Positions 8,967 through 18,447 of a stretch of 64,000 nucleotides of DNA are shown piece after piece. Source of the DNA: Hyphomicrobiales bacterium (GTDB lineage Bacteria; Pseudomonadota; Alphaproteobacteria; Rhizobiales; NORP267); contig JAJFGZ010000059.1 of the NCBI GenBank assembly GCA_021775855.1, forward strand, positions 1,321-65,320, in the 5' to 3' direction. Both the position numbers and the translations under genes were made by a program. How positions within the stretch are numbered: position 1 is the stretch's first letter; the number at the start of each line of letters is the position of its first letter. A model generated the notes under the pieces. It had not been told where the DNA came from and ran no database searches. It worked only from the letters and a program-made list of their open reading frames with translations.

Positions 8967-10289
8967 CTATTTGCGGTTGTCGACAACCCGTTGGGCCTTG
9001 CCCTCGGAGCGCGCGACTTTGCCGGGTTCGTGGACCTCGACATCGATCGAGATACCGACATTGTCTTTAACAGCTTTTTGCAAATAGGCCGTGCCCTGGT
9101 CCCGGATGTCGGACAGCGCGAGACCGCCGCCGGGATTCATTTCAACATGCGCCCGGAGTTTCTCCATATTGCCGGTCTTGAAGCGCTCCAATTGATAGTG
9201 AGGCGATAGCAAGTCGCTTTTCAGAATCAATTCCTCGATCTGGCTCGGGAAAACATTCACCCCTCGGATGATCATCATGTCGTCGGTGCGCCCGGTGACT
9301 TTTTCCATGCGCCGCATGGTGCGCGCGGTGCCTGGTAAAAGCCGGGTCAGGTCGCGGGTCCGGTAGCGAATGATCGGCAGCGCTTCCTTGGTGAGCGATG
9401 TGAAGACCAATTCGCCGAATTCACCATCGGGCAGAACCTCTCCGGTCTCGGGATTAATGATTTCCGGGTAGAAATGGTCTTCCCAGATATGGAGCCCGTC
9501 TTTTGTCTCGATACATTCCACCGAGACGCCGGGGCCGATAACTTCCGATATGCCGTAAATATCGATGGCGTGCATATCGGCGCGGGTTTCGATTGCCTTG
9601 CGGATTTCCTCGGTCCAGGGTTCGGCGCCGTAGATGCCGATTTCAAGACTTGTCTCGCGGGGGTCGATCCCCTGGCGGGCCATCTCATCCAGAATATTCA
9701 ACATATAGGACGGGGTGACCATGATGATTTTGGGTTCAAAATCCTTGATCAACTGGACCTGCCTGGCAGTCATGCCGCCGGACATGGGAACCACCATGCA
9801 CCCCAGCGCCTCGGCGCCGTAATGCGCACCGAGGCCGCCGGTAAACAAGCCATAGCCGTAGGTCACATGGAGCCGGTCGCCCGGTCGCCCGCCGGACGCG
9901 CGGATCGAGCGGGCCATCACGCTGGACCAGGTGTCGATATCATTGCGGGTATAACCAACCACGGTTGGTTGTCCGGTCGTGCCGGAGGAGGCGTGGATGC
10001 GCACGACCTGATCTTCGGGTACGGCGAACATCTTGAACGGATAGGAGGCACGCAAGTCTTCCTTGGTCGTGAACGGAAACCTGGCAAGATCCGACATGGA
10101 TTTCAGATCGTCGGGGTGAACGCCGGCGTCATCGAACTTCTTTCTGTAGCGCTCGACATTCGCATAAACATGCGCCAACGACCATTTCAGGCGCTCAAGT
10201 TGCAGGGCTACGATCTCGTCCCGGCTTGCCGTCTCAATTGGATCGAGTGAATTCGGGTCCGGTTTAAAATCTGCGGCGGGTCTGGTCAT
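8967..10289 (-). CDS. paaK: Phenylacetate-CoA ligase
   Basis: IHASSGTTGQPTVVGYT, YGYGLFTGGLGAHYG, DIYGISEVIGPGV. Confidence 0.96.
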   Translation of the reverse strand: MTRPAADFKPDPNSLDPIETASRDEIVALQLERLKWSLAHVYANVERYRKKFDDAGVHPDDLKSMSDLARFPFTTKEDLRASYPFKMFAVPEDQVVRIHASSGTTGQPTVVGYTRNDIDTWSSVMARSIRASGGRPGDRLHVTYGYGLFTGGLGAHYGAEALGCMVVPMSGGMTARQVQLIKDFEPKIIMVTPSYMLNILDEMARQGIDPRETSLEIGIYGAEPWTEEIRKAIETRADMHAIDIYGISEVIGPGVSVECIETKDGLHIWEDHFYPEIINPETGEVLPDGEFGELVFTSLTKEALPIIRYRTRDLTRLLPGTARTMRRMEKVTGRTDDMMIIRGVNVFPSQIEELILKSDLLSPHYQLERFKTGNMEKLRAHVEMNPGGGLALSDIRDQGTAYLQKAVKDNVGISIDVEVHEPGKVARSEGKAQRVVDNRK

Positions 10290-10336
10290 CGGTTCGTCCT
10301 CTCTGCGATATTCAAGTGATTTCCGGGCCCGCTTGA

Positions 10337-10795
10337 TTAAAACAATGTTCCACGAACGGTGCGTGTCTTGCCACGAAATTCGGCAATTTTCTCACCCTCG
10401 GCCGATTTGACTGCAACGTCATAAATAGCGTTCCGCCCGGCTTTCCATATTTCGCGGGCGTGCGCCGTTAGATGCACACCGATTTTTCCGGGCGCTGTAA
10501 ACGTGATGCTGCAATCCTGGGCAAGGGCCACACGGTTGTAGCTGTTGCTGGCAAAGGCCATGGCTGAATCGGCGAGGGAGAAAATATAGCCGCCGTGGCA
10601 AAGATTGTGGCCATTGACCATGGTGTCCCGGACGGTCATGGACATGGTTGCGGTTCCCGGTCCAACATCGACGACAACGATGCCAAGCGAGCGCGACGCT
10701 TCATCCTTGGCGGACATGACTTTTGCGCATTGTTTGGCAATTTCATCGGGCGTCATTCCAATGTCTGTACTGTTCAATTCGCTATCGTCGTTCAT
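10337..10795 (-). CDS. paaI: Hydroxyphenylacetyl-CoA thioesterase
   Basis: NGHNLCHGGYIFSLADSAMAFASNS hotdog motif; paa context. Confidence 0.93.
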   Translation of the reverse strand: MNDDSELNSTDIGMTPDEIAKQCAKVMSAKDEASRSLGIVVVDVGPGTATMSMTVRDTMVNGHNLCHGGYIFSLADSAMAFASNSYNRVALAQDCSITFTAPGKIGVHLTAHAREIWKAGRNAIYDVAVKSAEGEKIAEFRGKTRTVRGTLF

Positions 10796-10859
10796 TTTGT
10801 TGCCTGCCCGCTGGACATGACCGTGGTTTCAAGGTCACGTAATGGAAACTCGATAAAAG

Positions 10860-10899
10860 TGATACATATATTTGCAGGTTGCTGCAATAATCGGTATCA
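10860..10899. promoter_or_regulatory. Putative PaaX operator between divergent paaI and paaG
   Basis: GATACA(10861)-N26-GGTATC, one mismatch to the GATACA-N26-TGTATC operator recalled for Pseudomonas PaaX. Confidence 0.7.
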
Positions 10900-10937
10900 T
10901 TTTAATCCGGGGAAACAATACCAGGCGGAGAGAAATT

Positions 10938-11729
10938 TTGGGTGACGCACCGATCAAGTTGGACATAGAAAATGGCGTGGCCCTGGTGACGCTGAACCGT
11001 CCAGAAGCACTGAACTCGTTCACGGCAGATATGCACCGCGCTCTTGCCACTGCGCTCGACAACGTTGAAGCGGACAAGTCGGTGCGGGCTCTGGTGATTA
11101 CTGGTGCTGGCAGGGGATTTTGCGCGGGGCAGGATCTGAACGAGCGCCAGCGGTCCCCTAACGACCCACCGCCCGACCTCGGGGAGACGCTTGACAAATA
11201 TTATAACCCGTTGGTGCGCCGCCTTTATAGTTTCCCGCTCCCGACTATTGCCGCCGTCAACGGTGTTGCGGCGGGGGCAGGCGCGAATTTTGCGCTCAGC
11301 TGCGATCTGTTATTTGCGGCGCGCAGCGCCAAATTCATTCAGGCATTCTCGAAAATCGGGTTGTCGCCCGATGCCGGCGGGACCTGGTTCCTGCCGCGCC
11401 TTATTGGCCGCTCCAAGGCACTCGGCCTGGCGTTAACCGCCGAACCCCTGATGGCAGAAGACGCCGAACGGATTGGCCTTATCTGGAAAGTCGTGGATGA
11501 CGACGCGCTGATGGACATTGTCATGAAAATCGCCCGGCAATTCGCCGCCGGTCCCACAGCAGGGTTTCGCAAAATCAAGGAAAATCTTGCCAAGGGCGGG
11601 GCCAACAGTCTTGACGCGCAACTCGATCTCGAGCGTGACAGCCAGCGCGAACTGGGCCTTACCCACGACTATATGGAAGGCACCACGGCGTTTCTTGAAA
11701 AACGCAAACCCGTATTCAAAGGGGAATAG
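10938..11729 (+). CDS. paaG: 2-(1,2-epoxy-1,2-dihydrophenyl)acetyl-CoA isomerase
   Basis: Crotonase fold GRGFCAGQDL, VNGVAAGAGAN, PDAGGTWFLPRL; TTG 10938 after GGAG. Confidence 0.92.
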   Translation: MGDAPIKLDIENGVALVTLNRPEALNSFTADMHRALATALDNVEADKSVRALVITGAGRGFCAGQDLNERQRSPNDPPPDLGETLDKYYNPLVRRLYSFPLPTIAAVNGVAAGAGANFALSCDLLFAARSAKFIQAFSKIGLSPDAGGTWFLPRLIGRSKALGLALTAEPLMAEDAERIGLIWKVVDDDALMDIVMKIARQFAAGPTAGFRKIKENLAKGGANSLDAQLDLERDSQRELGLTHDYMEGTTAFLEKRKPVFKGE

Positions 11730-11742
11730 ACCGCACTACATG

Positions 11743-11787
11743 ATATGATACAAAAAATATTGATCTATATCAAATTTTGTGTCATAT
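11743..11787. promoter_or_regulatory. Putative PaaX operator upstream of paaA
   Basis: Inverted repeat ATATGATACAAAA...TTTTGTGTCATAT (GATACA-N25-TGTGTC). Confidence 0.65.
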
Positions 11788-11857
11788 AAGTTTCGACTTT
11801 CCTCATCGGGAAGGGTCGGTGCATAGCACCGTGCGCGGGAAACAGGGCAAATAGACC

Positions 11858-12823
11858 ATGACAGACGAGGCCAGAATCGCGGAGCTGGAGAAGCAGTTCG
11901 ACGATTATGTGGAAGCCGACAACAAGGCTGAACCCAAGGACTGGATGCCGGAGAAGTACCGCAAGACGCTTATCCGGCAAATCTCTCAGCATGCTCATTC
12001 GGAAATTATCGGCATGCAGCCCGAGGGCAATTGGCTGACCCGGGCGCCGAGCCTGAAACGCAAGGCGATTTTATTGGCCAAGGTGCAGGACGAAGCCGGG
12101 CACGGGCTCTATCTTTATTCCGCCGCCGAGACGCTCGGGCGCTCGCGCGACCAGCTCGAAGACGATTTGCATCAGGGCAAAGCAAAATACTCATCGATTT
12201 TCAATTACCCGACGCTGACCTGGGCGGATGTAGGGGCGATCGGATGGCTGGTCGATTCCGCCGCGATCCTGAACCAGATCCCGCTCTGCCGGTGTTCTTA
12301 TGGTCCATACGCGCGGGCCATGATCCGGATCTGCAAGGAAGAGAGCTTTCACCAGCGTCAGGGTTACGAGATCATGCTGGTGCTGAACCGGGGGACTGAC
12401 GCCCAAAAGCAGATGGCGCAGGACGCCCTGAACCGCTGGTGGTGGCCGTCGGTGCAGATGTTTGGTCCGCCCGATGAGGCTTCGCCGAATTCGTCGCACA
12501 CGATGAAATGGCGGATCAAACGGTTTTCCAACGATGAATTACGCCAGCGCTTTATAGACCAGGCGGTACCCCAGGCAGATGTGCTCGGGCTGAAAATTCC
12601 TGACCCCGATCTCAAATGGAACGACGACCGGCAGGCTTACGATTTCGGCGCGCCGGACTGGGACGAATTTTTTGCCGTCGTCAAAGGCAAGGGCCCCATG
12701 AATAAGGCCCGGCTGGACCACAAGGTTCGCGTTTGGGATGACGGCGGCTGGGCGCGCGAAGCCGCCATGGCGCATGCGGAAAAAGAATCCGCCCGCCGCG
12801 CGTCTCAAAAATCCGCCGCATAG
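11858..12823 (+). CDS. paaA: 1,2-phenylacetyl-CoA epoxidase subunit A
   Basis: [37 protein letters not shown] di-iron motifs. Confidence 0.97.
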   Translation: MTDEARIAELEKQFDDYVEADNKAEPKDWMPEKYRKTLIRQISQHAHSEIIGMQPEGNWLTRAPSLKRKAILLAKVQDEAGHGLYLYSAAETLGRSRDQLEDDLHQGKAKYSSIFNYPTLTWADVGAIGWLVDSAAILNQIPLCRCSYGPYARAMIRICKEESFHQRQGYEIMLVLNRGTDAQKQMAQDALNRWWWPSVQMFGPPDEASPNSSHTMKWRIKRFSNDELRQRFIDQAVPQADVLGLKIPDPDLKWNDDRQAYDFGAPDWDEFFAVVKGKGPMNKARLDHKVRVWDDGGWAREAAMAHAEKESARRASQKSAA

Positions 12824-12833
12824 GGAGAGACCG

Positions 12834-13121
12834 ATGACCGCAAAAGAATGGCCGCTTTACGAGGTCTTTATCCGTTCCGGGCAGGGGCTTGCCCACCGCC
12901 ATGTGGGGAGCCTGCACGCAGCCGACGCCACTATGGCGCTGGAAAATGCCCGCGATGTTTATACGCGCCGAAACGAGGGACTTAGCATCTGGGTTGTGCC
13001 ATCAAAAGACGTCACGGCGTCAGCGCCGGAAGAAAAGGGCGAGATGTTCACGCCCGCCGACGACAAGATTTACCGCCACCCGACCTTTTACAATCTTCCC
13101 GATGATGTGAAGGGATTGTAG
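12834..13121 (+). CDS. paaB: 1,2-phenylacetyl-CoA epoxidase subunit B
   Basis: WPLYEVFIR, HVGSLHAAD, ARDVYTRRNEG, YRHPTFY. Confidence 0.96.
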   Translation: MTAKEWPLYEVFIRSGQGLAHRHVGSLHAADATMALENARDVYTRRNEGLSIWVVPSKDVTASAPEEKGEMFTPADDKIYRHPTFYNLPDDVKGL

Positions 13122-13124
13122 TCC

Positions 13125-13919
13125 GTGCCTATGAAGGATTCAGATAAAAAACAAGGTAAATCAGTGGTTAACGACGATGTGTTGACCTATTGCCTGCGCC
13201 TTGGCGACAACGCGATGGTGACTTCTCAACGGCTCAGTGAGTGGGTGCGCAATTCCCCCACCATCGAGCTGGATATCGCCTTTGCTAACATCGCTCTCGA
13301 TCATGTGGGGCAGGCGCGGATGCTTTATAGTTATGCGGGTGAACTGGAGGGCAAGGGCCGCGACGAAGATAGTATGGCGTTCCTGCGCGACGAGCGTGAA
13401 TTCGGCAATGTTCTGCTGGCAGAATTGCCGAACGGGGATTTCGCCAAATCCGTGCTGCGGCTGTTTTTCTATTCCGCCTGGGTGTTACCGCTTTACGAAG
13501 GATTGAACCAATCAAATGACGAACGGCTGGCGGCGATCGCGGGGAAAGCAGTCCTCGAAGTGCGCTATCAGTTAAAGCATTCAGCCGAATGGGTGGTCCG
13601 TCTCGGCGACGGTACGGAGGAAAGCCATAAGCGGATTTCGGACGCGTTGATCGAACTCTGGCAATTTGTTGGGGAATTATTTGAAGCCGACGAGGTCGAG
13701 AACCGGCTGGCGGATGCCGGGATCGGTGTTGATCCCACCAGCCTGAAGGGTGCCTGGGACAATACCATCAACGATGTCTTTGCCCGCGCCAACCTGACCC
13801 GGCCAGACGACGACTGGCACCTGACCGGCGGGCGGAGCGGCCAGCATACCGAGCATATGGGATATCTGCTTGCCGAGATGCAGGTCCTGCAACGCACCTA
13901 TCCCGGATGCGAGTGGTAG
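13125..13919 (+). CDS. paaC: 1,2-phenylacetyl-CoA epoxidase subunit C
   Basis: LRLGDN..V.SQRL.EW, ELPNGDFA, HTEHMGYLLAEMQ.LQRTYPG.EW. Confidence 0.95.
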   Translation: MPMKDSDKKQGKSVVNDDVLTYCLRLGDNAMVTSQRLSEWVRNSPTIELDIAFANIALDHVGQARMLYSYAGELEGKGRDEDSMAFLRDEREFGNVLLAELPNGDFAKSVLRLFFYSAWVLPLYEGLNQSNDERLAAIAGKAVLEVRYQLKHSAEWVVRLGDGTEESHKRISDALIELWQFVGELFEADEVENRLADAGIGVDPTSLKGAWDNTINDVFARANLTRPDDDWHLTGGRSGQHTEHMGYLLAEMQVLQRTYPGCEW

Positions 13920-13925
13920 GGCGGC

Positions 13926-14441
13926 GTGGACACGGCGACGGATATCAGCATTGAAAATGCACACGATGTGGAGCGCATCCACGATATCCTTAGCCAAGTA
14001 CCCGACCCGGAAATCCCCGTCCTCAGCGTCGTTGATCTTGGAATCGTCCGCGATGTCCGGGTGAAAGGTGGCTGCGTCGAGGTTGACGTTACGCCGACCT
14101 ATTCCGGCTGCCCGGCGACCGATGTTATCGCCCACGATATTGAAACCGCGCTCACAAAAGGCGGCTATTCAAACGCAACAGTGAACCGGGTTTTGAGCCC
14201 GCCCTGGACGACCGATCTGATCAGTTCCGGGGGCCGCGACAAACTGAAAGCCTATGGCATCGCACCGCCGGTTGGCGGGCGCAGCGTCACGGCGCTGTTT
14301 GGCGACGATCCCGAAGTTCCATGCCCGCGCTGCGAGAGCAAGGATACCGAACTGGTCAGCCCGTTCGGCTCGACCCCCTGCAAGGCGCACTACAAATGCC
14401 GGTCCTGTGCGGAACCTTTCGATTATTTCAAATGCCTTTGA
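13926..14441 (+). CDS. paaD: 1,2-phenylacetyl-CoA epoxidase subunit D
   Basis: VPDPEIPVLSVVDLGIVR, TPTYSGCPA, CPRC, FGSTPCKA..C..C.EPFDYFKC. Confidence 0.95.
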   Translation: MDTATDISIENAHDVERIHDILSQVPDPEIPVLSVVDLGIVRDVRVKGGCVEVDVTPTYSGCPATDVIAHDIETALTKGGYSNATVNRVLSPPWTTDLISSGGRDKLKAYGIAPPVGGRSVTALFGDDPEVPCPRCESKDTELVSPFGSTPCKAHYKCRSCAEPFDYFKCL

Positions 14442-14461
14442 GAATAAGGACTAACTGACCG

Positions 14462-15526
14462 ATGTCCCAGTTTCATGCGCTCAGGGTTGCCTCTGTTGAT
14501 AAAGTCACCGACGCGGCCGTCACCATCCGGTTCGACGTGCCGGGCGAATTGCGCGATACCTTTGGCTTTATCCAGGGCCAGTATTTGACGGTCCGCGCCG
14601 ATATCAACGGGGAAGACGTGCGGCGCTCCTATTCGATCTGTTCGGGCGTCGATGACGGTGAGCTACGGGTGGCCGTCAAGCGGGTGCCGGACGGGCGTTT
14701 TTCGAACTACGCAAACGAAAATATCCATCCCGGCGACATGCTCCAGGTCATGCCGCCGAAGGGGAATTTCCACACACCGCTAGACGCCAGCGCAAGCAAA
14801 AACTATGTAGGCTTTGCGGGCGGCAGCGGGATCACGCCGTTTCTGGCGATCATCCGCACCATTCTGGCGCGCGAACCGCACAGCACTTTCACGCTGTTTT
14901 ACGGTAACCGCACGGTTGCCGATATTATGTTCCGGGAAGACTTGTCCGATCTGAAGGACCTGCATCTGGATCGCTTCCGGCTGATCCATATTCTCTCCGA
15001 CGAGCGCCCCGACCTCGATCTGTTCCACGGCCTGATGACACCTGAGAAAGTCACCGAGCTAATGGCGAGTTTCGTCGATATAGGGGAGACCGACTATTTC
15101 TATATCTGCGGGCCGGGGCCCATGACAGACTCCGTTCGCGGGGTTCTGGACAAGGCAGGCATCCCAGCAGAGAAACAGAAATACGAACTGTTTGGTTCGC
15201 CGTTGCCCCAGGCCGGGCCAAAAACGTTCACCGATCCGGATGGCAAATCCTCCGACGTCACGGTGATCATCAACGGCAACCGCACGGACTTCAAACACCC
15301 GGCGCAGGGTCAGAGCATTCTCGACGGCGCGTTGGCACGCAATCTCGATCTGCCGTTCGCCTGCAAGGGCGGCGTGTGCTGCACCTGCCGGGCCAAGCTC
15401 ATTGAGGGCGAGATCGCCATGGATGTGAGCTTCGGGCTGGAGCCCGACGAGATCAAGGCGGGCTATATTCTGACCTGCCAGTCGCACCCGGTGAGCGAGA
15501 AAGTCGTCATCGATTACGACGCATGA
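14462..15526 (+). CDS. paaE: 1,2-phenylacetyl-CoA epoxidase reductase subunit E
   Basis: RRSYSICS, GGSGITP, ICGPGPM, C-terminal 2Fe-2S CKGGVCCTC. Confidence 0.95.
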   Translation: MSQFHALRVASVDKVTDAAVTIRFDVPGELRDTFGFIQGQYLTVRADINGEDVRRSYSICSGVDDGELRVAVKRVPDGRFSNYANENIHPGDMLQVMPPKGNFHTPLDASASKNYVGFAGGSGITPFLAIIRTILAREPHSTFTLFYGNRTVADIMFREDLSDLKDLHLDRFRLIHILSDERPDLDLFHGLMTPEKVTELMASFVDIGETDYFYICGPGPMTDSVRGVLDKAGIPAEKQKYELFGSPLPQAGPKTFTDPDGKSSDVTVIINGNRTDFKHPAQGQSILDGALARNLDLPFACKGGVCCTCRAKLIEGEIAMDVSFGLEPDEIKAGYILTCQSHPVSEKVVIDYDA

Positions 15527-15595
15527 CGTATCCGGCGTTGCGCTTCGCCACCAAATATCCGAAAACAGACAAAACACCAAACAGGATGATTTCTC

Positions 15596-16798
15596 ATGGC
15601 TGACGCCTTTATCTGTGATGCGATCCGGACCCCGATTGGCCGCTATGGCGGTGGGCTATCTTCGGTTCGCGCCGACGATTTGGGGGCAATCCCCATCAAA
15701 GCGCTTGTGGAGCGCAACGGCAATGTGGACTGGGACAAAGTCGACGACGTGCTCTATGGCTGCGCCAATCAGGCCGGCGAAGATAACCGCAACGTCGCCC
15801 GCATGGCGTTGCTTCTGGCCGGCTTGCCGGAAACCATTCCGGGGGCCACCGTCAACCGCCTATGCGGCTCTGGCATGGAGGCCATCGGGTCTGCGGCGCG
15901 GGCCATTCGTGCGGATGAGGCTTCGCTCGCGATTGGCGGCGGGGTCGAGAGCATGTCGCGCGCGCCCTTCGTCATGGGCAAGGCGACGGCGGCCTTTTCG
16001 CGCCAGACGGAAGTATACGACACCACGATCGGATGGCGCTTCGTCAACAAGCTGATGAAGAAGCAATACGGCATCGATTCCATGCCGGAAACAGCGGAGA
16101 ATGTTGCCGAGGATTGGCAGATCAGCCGCGAGGATCAGGACAAATTCGCGCTCCGCTCGCAGGAAAAGGCGGCGGCAGCGCAGGCCAACGGGCGGCTCGC
16201 AAAAGAAATCACGCCGGTCTCGATCCCCCAGCGCAAAGGCGACCCGGTCGTTGTTGAGGCTGACGAGCATCCGCGCCTTTCCAGCCTTGAGAAACTTGCC
16301 GCGCTCGGCACCCCGTTCCGCGACGGCGGGACAGTCACAGCTGGTAACGCATCCGGCGTAAACGATGGCGCGTGCGCGGCACTGATTGCCAGCGAAGACG
16401 CGGCCAAAGAGCACGGGCTTGAACCCCACGCCCGCATCCTCGGCATGGCGTCGGCAGGCCTGATGCCCCGCGTGATGGGCTACGGCCCGGTGCCGGCGAC
16501 CAGGAAGCTGCTGGAGCGCCTCGGCCTGAAAATTGAAAATATGGATGTGATCGAACTCAACGAAGCGTTCGCCTCGCAAGGCCTCGCCGTGGTGCGCGAT
16601 CTCGGGCTTGCCGACGACGACCCCAGGGTCAACCCCAACGGCGGTGCCATCGCCCTCGGCCACCCCCTCGGCATGTCCGGCGCCCGTCTTGTTATGACCG
16701 CCACGCAGGAACTCCAGAATACCGGCGGCCGCTACGGCTTGTGCACGATGTGTATCGGCGTGGGGCAGGGCATCGCGATGGTGATCGAGCGGGTTTGA
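15596..16798 (+). CDS. paaJ: 3-oxoadipyl-CoA/3-oxo-5,6-dehydrosuberyl-CoA thiolase (PaaJ/PcaF)
   Basis: [27 protein letters not shown] thiolase motifs; paa context. Confidence 0.92.
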   Translation: MADAFICDAIRTPIGRYGGGLSSVRADDLGAIPIKALVERNGNVDWDKVDDVLYGCANQAGEDNRNVARMALLLAGLPETIPGATVNRLCGSGMEAIGSAARAIRADEASLAIGGGVESMSRAPFVMGKATAAFSRQTEVYDTTIGWRFVNKLMKKQYGIDSMPETAENVAEDWQISREDQDKFALRSQEKAAAAQANGRLAKEITPVSIPQRKGDPVVVEADEHPRLSSLEKLAALGTPFRDGGTVTAGNASGVNDGACAALIASEDAAKEHGLEPHARILGMASAGLMPRVMGYGPVPATRKLLERLGLKIENMDVIELNEAFASQGLAVVRDLGLADDDPRVNPNGGAIALGHPLGMSGARLVMTATQELQNTGGRYGLCTMCIGVGQGIAMVIERV

Positions 16799-16821
16799 CG
16801 GGGAAGGCTAATCCGCAGTTG

Positions 16822-16948
16822 GCGGTCATGCTGTGTAACCAGCGCTAACTTCCACTTTGTGCCAAAAATAGTCATTCATGGAATTTGTAGCGAACGGCAA
16901 CTCGGAGCCCTTTTTGACGAATTCTGCGGAGAGTTCGAATGGTAGCTA
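16822..16948. repeat. Degenerate ~46 bp hairpin-repeat array, left flank of VOC/HxlR cassette
   Basis: GTCATTC-N14-GAACGGC and related half-sites at 16824, 16871, 16918. Confidence 0.5.
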
Positions 16949-16967
16949 TATGGCTATATGGAATGAG

Positions 16968-17345
16968 TCATGCCGTCCCGGTTAAATCTTCTGCAAGCAT
17001 GAGAGCATTACCATCGGGATCAAAAAAAGTTGCTGTTTTGACCATGCCCTCGACCACGTCAGTTTCGCCATCAAATCTCACATTGGCCTGTTCCAGCTTC
17101 TGCCTTGCGGCATCTAAGTCAGCGATCCCAAAAACAGGAACACAGTTGCCGGGTGCGGGCTTTGTATGCTCGCCAAGGCCAATTGTTACTCCGACTGTAT
17201 TCGTTTGAAGTTCCGACCAACCTGCGTCGTCCGCGTGGTAGATTGTCTCAAACCCCAGGATACCTCCATACCACTCGGCGCTTGCGTGCCGGTCATTGAC
17301 CGATAATGCGATAGTGATGGTCTCATCCAGCGAAATAAGTGACAT
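16968..17345 (-). CDS. VOC/glyoxalase family protein
   Basis: LSVND...SAEWYGGILGF and ATFFDPDGNALML VOC motifs. Confidence 0.88.
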   Translation of the reverse strand: MSLISLDETITIALSVNDRHASAEWYGGILGFETIYHADDAGWSELQTNTVGVTIGLGEHTKPAPGNCVPVFGIADLDAARQKLEQANVRFDGETDVVEGMVKTATFFDPDGNALMLAEDLTGTA

Positions 17346-17363
17346 GGTCTTCCCTTTCGATTA

Positions 17364-17384
17364 AAAATATACTAACTATATTTT
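17364..17384. promoter_or_regulatory. Inverted-repeat operator between VOC and HxlR-type genes
   Basis: Perfect AAAATATA-N5-TATATTTT directly before the regulator ATG. Confidence 0.6.
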
Positions 17385-17927
17385 ATGTACATTAAATCGT
17401 TTGTCAACATCACCTCAAGGGCTTGGGCGTTAGCCATTTTATCGAACTTGCATGCAGGTATCCCTGGACGGCAGGCAGCACTTTTGTCCGCAACTGGTGC
17501 GAGTAGAACCGCTTTCGCGCAAAGTTTGGATCATCTGATTAAGATGGGTTTGCTGGAACGAAACCCTGGCTACGGCCATCCGCTGCGTCCAGAATTTAGG
17601 CTTACGCAGTTCGGCATTACTGCGGCTGCAATTGCCAGCAAAATTCAAGATGTATCTACCGATGAAGATCAGGACTTGCTTCGTCGGTCATGGACGTTAC
17701 CGGTGCTGACGTCACTGCACACACCAAGTCAATTTAATGAAATCAAGCGAAAACTGCAGACAATTACAGATCGCGCTTTGTCGCAATCGTTGAAATCGAT
17801 GGAAGTCCGAAACTGGGTGTGCCGCAGCGTTGACGGGTCCGCTCGCCCACCCAGGTCGATCTACAGGGCTGTTAACGCTGGCGACGTGATAAGTAAAATA
17901 ACGGCACCTGAAATTAGCTTTGTGTAG
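17385..17927 (+). CDS. Tandem winged-helix (HxlR-like) transcriptional regulator
   Basis: Two wHTH halves (RAWALAIL...GHPLRPEFRLT; RSWTLPVL...QFNEIKRKLQTITDRALSQSLK...PPRSIY). Confidence 0.82.
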   Translation: MYIKSFVNITSRAWALAILSNLHAGIPGRQAALLSATGASRTAFAQSLDHLIKMGLLERNPGYGHPLRPEFRLTQFGITAAAIASKIQDVSTDEDQDLLRRSWTLPVLTSLHTPSQFNEIKRKLQTITDRALSQSLKSMEVRNWVCRSVDGSARPPRSIYRAVNAGDVISKITAPEISFV

Positions 17928-18035
17928 CAAAACCAGCCGTTCGTTTAGACGTAGTGAACGGCAGAAACGTCCGCACTGGCGCCGTTCCACATGAGCGATG
18001 TGAATGGCTGCTTCGGGTCAAATTGAGACCTTTCT
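17910..18035. repeat. ~45-46 bp hairpin-repeat array, right flank of VOC/HxlR cassette
   Basis: GCCGTTC(17936)-N13-GAACGGC, GCCGTTC(17981)-N14-GAATGGC, GACCTTT(18027). Confidence 0.55.
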
Positions 18036-18109
18036 CGCTACCAATGTGAGAAGTCCCAATTCCACAGTAGAACACTCAGCGCGCGTACAAAAAGCGAGCG
18101 AGCTCTCCC

Positions 18110-18319
18110 TCAAAACGCCTTGAAACATATAATTGTGTGGGTGTTCCCGATGCCCTCGAAACCCTCAATGTTCTCAGACACGACATAGCCGATATCGGTT
18201 TCGTCGTCGACGTAGAATTTTACCAGCAGGTCATAGTCACCGGCGGTTGAATAAATTTCGGAGGCGATTTCGGCGTCGGCGATCTGGTTTGCGGCGTCGT
18301 AGCATTTGCCGAATTTGCA
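18110..18319 (-). pseudogene. 5'-truncated duplicate of the Lrp/AsnC ligand-binding gene at 19689-19925
   Basis: Translates CKFGKCYDAANQIADAEIASEIYSTAGDYDLLVKFYVDDETDIGYVVSENIEGFEGIGNTHTIICFKAF*; first 9 codons and start are missing. Confidence 0.85.
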
Positions 18320-18447
18320 AGCCCAGCGAACACCACAACGCGCTCCGTAAAATTTGGAAAGATTCAGTTTGGAATTTCCGGTAGGTTACGCTGTACTGGA
18401 CATAGTCAGCCTTTGGTCAGGCCCGCTCAAGTTAAGGATTGGGACCG

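Noticed and set aside
8930-9061. N-terminal extension of paaX, and similar extensions of cysI, paaG, paaB and thiM in the ORF track
   Set aside because: They overlap neighbouring genes or the riboswitch; downstream starts match family N-termini, most with a clear RBS
16820-18035. Repeat arrays as CRISPR or integron attC sites
   Set aside because: Units too degenerate, no unique spacers of CRISPR length, no cas or intI genes, no clear RYYYAAC/GTTRRRY ends
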